Source of the DNA: Armatimonadota bacterium | GTDB lineage: Bacteria; Armatimonadota; UBA10988 | Reading direction: 5' to 3' | DNA: 64,000 bases | Assembly (NCBI GenBank): GCA_016235455.1 | Contig: JACRKZ010000018.1 | Location: forward strand, 32,001-96,000 | Shown here: piece after piece, positions 60,005 to 64,000 of the stretch | Layout of the letters: each line of letters opens with the position of its first letter | Numbering within the stretch: the first letter of the stretch is position 1 | Notes under the pieces: generated by a model | What the model saw: only the letters and a program-made list of their open reading frames with translations | Database searches by the model: none | What the model was told of the DNA's origin: nothing | Made by a program: the position numbers and the translations under genes

Positions 60005-61624
60005 TCAGGCCTCATCCAGGAACCGCCAGCCCCGCAGCGTCGCCTCGTCGAAGGGCAGGCCGAGCAGCAGCGCGCGGGCCGCGGCGATGGGCATGCAACC
60101 CGCGCGGATGAACCCGTCGTGGAACTGCCGCGGGGTCTGGCCCTGGGCCAGCGCTTCGCGGTAGGCACGCCTCACTTGCAGCCCGCCCAGCAGGTAGGCC
60201 GCCTGGTACAGCGCGTCGTAGTCGCCGCCGAGCGAGCGCCGCACCTCGCCGCGCGCGTTGTCTGGCTCATGGCCGACCTCGTGGATGAGCATTTCGACGC
60301 ACTGCTCGGCGCTGCGCAGGCCCAGGTGGAACTCGATCGAGAAGACGATACGCGCGGCGCGATGCAGCCGCCAGAACAGCATACCGACACGATTCTCCGG
60401 GCTTTGGGGGTAGCCGCGTTCGTACAGCAGCATCTCCCAGTGCAGCGGCCACCCTTCCACCCAGAACGGGTTGTAGAACAGCCGGCGGTGGGTGTTGAGC
60501 CGGTCGCCCCAGTACGATTGCATGAAGTGGCCGGGGATCAGCTCGTGCTGCACCGTGGCGCGGCAGAAGTGCCGGTTGTTGCCGCGCAGGCTCATCAGCT
60601 TGGCCTCGTGCGGCATCTCGCTGGTCGGGAATGAGATGATGATCTGCTCGCCGCCGAGGAAGAACGGGTTCACCTTCTGGCGCTCGGCGCTCATCATGCT
60701 CATTCGCCAACCATCGCGCGCCGTGTCGGGCACGGTCAGCAGGTCGTTGCCCTCCAGGTAGCCGATGGCCTCCACCGCCAGATCGCGCACCAGCGCCGGC
60801 TGCTGGCCCGGCGGCACATGGTCGTTCTTGACGCGCTCCAGCGCCGCGCGCCAGTCGTCGCCCAGCCCCATCTCAGCCGCCGCGGCGCGCAGTTCGCCCA
60901 GGCAGAAGTCCATCTGCGCGCGGCCCACGGCCACCAGTTCCTCAGGCTCATAGGGCACCCAGGTGGCGGCCAACTCCTCGACCAGGCCATGCCGGCCGAT
61001 GGGATCGCCGACGATGACCGCCTCGTCATCAAGCCCGGCCAGCCGCTTCTGCTCGTCGATGAAGGAGCCCAGCGCCTTGACCAGGGCGGCCATCGGCGCG
61101 GCGCACCACCAGCTGTAGAGCGGGTCGTAGCCGGCATAGAACGTGTCGAAGTCGGCCAGGGCCGTCTTCACCCGCTCTACCGCCTTGACCGCGCGGCTAC
61201 GCAGCACGGCGCTGACCTCGCCCGGCTCCGCGCTCTTGAGGCACGCCTCCGCCTGGCCGGCGGCCCGGGCCAGCACCTCCGCCGCGGCGCGGGGGTCGAG
61301 ATCGTCCATGCGGCGGCGCTGGTCGTCGAGCTGCGCCAGCGGCATCAGGAACGGCGCCAGCGGGGCGATCTCGCGCTGTCGGGTCAAGTCACGCTCCAGG
61401 CGATGGGCGTGCAAGTCGAGCCAGTTGAGCGCCAAGAGGCGGTCGAGCTGGTCGTCGCGCGCGAGGTCGACCGCGGGCAGCGCGTCGAGCCGCTGCCGCC
61501 AGCTGGATAGCAGGCGTTGCCCGCGCAGCGCCTGCTCGGGTGAGCACTCCAGCGAGAACTGACGGCCGAGCCACCGGAAGTCGGCAGCCAGCGCGGTCAG
61601 CAGGTCGGCCATTCGGTCAGACAT
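60005..61624 (-). CDS. DUF885 family protein
   Basis: HELIPGH, EGWPLHWE, RAARI, QAAYLLG. Confidence 0.88.
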   Translation of the reverse strand: MSDRMADLLTALAADFRWLGRQFSLECSPEQALRGQRLLSSWRQRLDALPAVDLARDDQLDRLLALNWLDLHAHRLERDLTRQREIAPLAPFLMPLAQLDDQRRRMDDLDPRAAAEVLARAAGQAEACLKSAEPGEVSAVLRSRAVKAVERVKTALADFDTFYAGYDPLYSWWCAAPMAALVKALGSFIDEQKRLAGLDDEAVIVGDPIGRHGLVEELAATWVPYEPEELVAVGRAQMDFCLGELRAAAAEMGLGDDWRAALERVKNDHVPPGQQPALVRDLAVEAIGYLEGNDLLTVPDTARDGWRMSMMSAERQKVNPFFLGGEQIIISFPTSEMPHEAKLMSLRGNNRHFCRATVQHELIPGHFMQSYWGDRLNTHRRLFYNPFWVEGWPLHWEMLLYERGYPQSPENRVGMLFWRLHRAARIVFSIEFHLGLRSAEQCVEMLIHEVGHEPDNARGEVRRSLGGDYDALYQAAYLLGGLQVRRAYREALAQGQTPRQFHDGFIRAGCMPIAAARALLLGLPFDEATLRGWRFLDEA

Positions 61625-62385
61625 CACACCTCCCACGGTTCGGTCTTCGCCGCGCGTTCCGCCTCACGCAGTGCCGCCTGCGCGGCCTGAACATCGACGG
61701 TGGCTTGGATGGCATCCTCAGAGACCTCGTCGTTCATCTCCACGGCGATGCGCCGCACCTCTTCTTCGGTCGGCCCGCCGCGCTTGTCGCGCCAGGCCAT
61801 CTCCTCGGCGTAGGCTTGCTCAAACTCCGCGACGAAGTTCTCGGCCACCGCGGGTTTGCGGCCATCCGGCCGCACGGCCTCGGCCCACAGTTCCACGATG
61901 CGCGGCACATCGGCGCCAACTTCGATGGCCCGGTCCTTGCCCGGCATGGGGTCCAGTTTGTCCACATGCGGCGAGTTGGTGGCGGTCAGCCCGCCGCCGT
62001 CGGCGTAGCGCGTGACCACATCCACCCACACGCCCATGCCGGGATAGTCATAGACCACCGACCAGCTGGATTCGCCGGGGTTGACCAGCGCCTCGATGGT
62101 CAGGCCTGGCATGGCATCGACGGTATAGGCGCCAATCGGCTCGTGGCCAGCGGCCTGCAGGGCCTCGATCTGCCGAGCCACGGTCTGTGGCTCCGACCAC
62201 TCGGGCTCGGGCTCCGCAGCGAGGTGGATCTCAGCCGGGTTCATGCCCTGACCCAGCTCCTCCAGCCCCTCGGCCAGCCCGCCGAGCGCTTTGAGCAGCT
62301 TCCAGCGCAGGAACAGCAGCCCCAGGACGACCAGCGCGACGAGCCCAATCACCAACAGCAGGAACACCTTGATGACATCGCCCAT
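61624..62385 (-). CDS. Single-pass membrane hypothetical protein
   Basis: N-terminal TM; GGAGG RBS; TGATG coupling to the DUF885 gene. Confidence 0.75.
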   Translation of the reverse strand: MGDVIKVFLLLVIGLVALVVLGLLFLRWKLLKALGGLAEGLEELGQGMNPAEIHLAAEPEPEWSEPQTVARQIEALQAAGHEPIGAYTVDAMPGLTIEALVNPGESSWSVVYDYPGMGVWVDVVTRYADGGGLTATNSPHVDKLDPMPGKDRAIEVGADVPRIVELWAEAVRPDGRKPAVAENFVAEFEQAYAEEMAWRDKRGGPTEEEVRRIAVEMNDEVSEDAIQATVDVQAAQAALREAERAAKTEPWEV

Positions 62386-62491
62386 GACGGCCTCCTGCCC
62401 CGCGCCATACGATTCGGCGCATGGGATTCCTCCCTTCGGAAGGAGACCGCTCAGCCACGCCGAACCGACCCGGCCGAGAGGAGTCGACTCG

Positions 62492-63991
62492 ATGCCCCTG
62501 TTGCGGGCCGCCGACATTGAGAAGCACTACCCGGGGGTGCGCGCGCTGGCTGGCGTAACGTTTGAGGTCGAAGCGGGTGAAGTCCACGCGCTGATCGGCG
62601 AGAACGGTGCAGGCAAGTCGACGCTGATCAAAATCATCACCGGCGCGGTCACGCCCGATGCCGGCACGCTGTCGCTCGATGGCGAGCTTCTGGTCGACCA
62701 CAACCCACAGACCGCCAAGGCACGCGGTATCGCCGCCATCTACCAGCAGCCCGCCCTGTTCGGCACGCTCACCGTGGCCGAGAACCTCGCGTTGGGGTTG
62801 GAGGGTGCGGGCCTGTGGCGCCGCGTCGACTGGCGCGAGCGACGCCGCCGCGCGCAGGAGTTGCTGGACCGCGTCGGCGCGCGCATCGATCCCGACGCGC
62901 TGGCCGGCTCACTCTCGATGCCCGAGCAGCAGTTGGTCGAGATCGCCCGCGCCCTGGGCGCCAAGGCCCGCGTGCTCATCCTCGACGAGCCTACCGCCTG
63001 CCTGCCCGAGGGCGAGGTGGAGCGCCTCTTTGCCCTACTGGCCGAGCTCAAGGCGGCCGGCGTGGGGCTCATCTACATTTCCCACCGCCTCGACGAGCTG
63101 GCCCAGTTGGCCGACCGCGTCACAGTGTTGCGCGACGGTCAGTATGTCACGACGCGGGCCATGAGCCAGGTGGACAAGCCCGAGCTCATCCGGCTCATGG
63201 TCGGGCGCGAGCTGAGCGGCGAGTCCAACGCGCCGGCGCGGCCCGCGGGCGCGCCGCTGCTGCAGCTCAGCGGCCTGGGCTGCGCGGTCAACGGCGTCCA
63301 TGATGTCGATCTGACCATCCGCCGCGGCGAGATCCTTGGGCTGGCCGGCCTGGTCGGCTCGGGCCGCACGGAGTTGGCGCGCATCCTCTTCGGCCTGACG
63401 CCCGCCGATGCCGGCACGATGGCCTGGGACGGCCAGCCGGTGCGGCTCGAGACCCCAGCGCAAGCCATGGCCCAAGGCATCGCCTACGTGCCGGAGGACC
63501 GCCGCCGCCATGGCGTGGTGGGCCCGTTGTCGGTGACGGCCAACACGGCACTGACCGTGCTCGACCGGCTGGCCAAGGGCGGCCTGGTCGATGCCCGGCG
63601 CGAGGAGGATCTGGCCGTGGACCTGGGCCAGCGGCTGGACCTGCGCGCGGCCTCCATCCACACCACCGTGGGCACTCTGTCGGGCGGCAATCAGCAGAAG
63701 GTGGCGCTGGCGCGCTGGCTGGCCGCCGAGCCGGAGCTGTTCATCGTCGATGAGCCGACCCAGGGCATCGATGTCGGCGCCAAGAGCGAGATCCACCGCA
63801 TACTGGGCGACCTGGCCGCGGCGGGCAAGGCGGTGCTGGTGGTGTCGTCCGACATGCCTGAAGTGCTGGCCGTCAGCGATCGCGTGGCAGTCATGCGCGA
63901 AGGCACCGTGGTCGGTACGCTGGCGCGCGGCGAAGCCACCCAGGAGCGCATTCTGGCGCTGGCGCTGGGCGGGGCGGAGGTGGTCGGATGA
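62492..63991 (+). CDS. Sugar ABC transporter ATP-binding protein (CUT2, RbsA/RhaT-like)
   Basis: GENGAGKST, two ABC cassettes, LSGGNQQKV. Confidence 0.95.
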   Translation: MPLLRAADIEKHYPGVRALAGVTFEVEAGEVHALIGENGAGKSTLIKIITGAVTPDAGTLSLDGELLVDHNPQTAKARGIAAIYQQPALFGTLTVAENLALGLEGAGLWRRVDWRERRRRAQELLDRVGARIDPDALAGSLSMPEQQLVEIARALGAKARVLILDEPTACLPEGEVERLFALLAELKAAGVGLIYISHRLDELAQLADRVTVLRDGQYVTTRAMSQVDKPELIRLMVGRELSGESNAPARPAGAPLLQLSGLGCAVNGVHDVDLTIRRGEILGLAGLVGSGRTELARILFGLTPADAGTMAWDGQPVRLETPAQAMAQGIAYVPEDRRRHGVVGPLSVTANTALTVLDRLAKGGLVDARREEDLAVDLGQRLDLRAASIHTTVGTLSGGNQQKVALARWLAAEPELFIVDEPTQGIDVGAKSEIHRILGDLAAAGKAVLVVSSDMPEVLAVSDRVAVMREGTVVGTLARGEATQERILALALGGAEVVG

Positions 63992-64000
63992 AGTCTGCCG
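63988..64000 (+). CDS. Probable start of a sugar ABC permease (truncated by window edge)
   Basis: ATGA overlap with the ATPase stop and GGAGG RBS; product inferred from context only. Confidence 0.45.

Noticed and set aside
62400-62490. Short hairpins including CTTCGG upstream of the sugar ABC ATPase, possible riboswitch
   Set aside because: Stems are short, expected by chance at this GC, and match no aptamer consensus I recognise.
1-64000. CRISPR arrays, tRNA/rRNA, IS or prophage genes
   Set aside because: No regularly spaced direct repeats, RNA gene signatures, or integrase/transposase motifs were seen by eye.

Overview
High-GC (about 70% by eye) bacterial chromosomal window. The DUF1559/H-X9-DG prepilin-like gene and the many Gfo/Idh/MocA, sulfatase and glycosidase genes suggest Armatimonadota or a PVC-like organism (inference). 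It holds about 45 CDS: a giant degenerate M28-peptidase/FtsX-permease fusion running off the left edge, tldD, an MFS transporter, a PhnP-like hydrolase, hpnCDE, a ferredoxin, a PflX-like radical SAM enzyme, a sulfatase, a cyclase-STAND-TPR protein, a minus-strand carbohydrate locus (DUF1559, GH42-like, GH36, DUF2961/GH172, two SGNH), kdpFABC plus a kinase-less kdpD, a GH2 beta-mannosidase, a hybrid histidine kinase, DUF885 and a sugar ABC ATPase. No rRNA, tRNA, CRISPR array or transposase was seen. Main oddities: an orphan with an internally duplicated beta-rich domain (56.2-57.8 kb), a palindromic element in-frame inside the radical SAM gene, an apparent ATC start codon, an in-frame TGA at a conserved Trp, two small Kdp peptides missing from the ORF track, and several REP-like structured elements. 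All family calls come from motif recognition by eye, not database searches.
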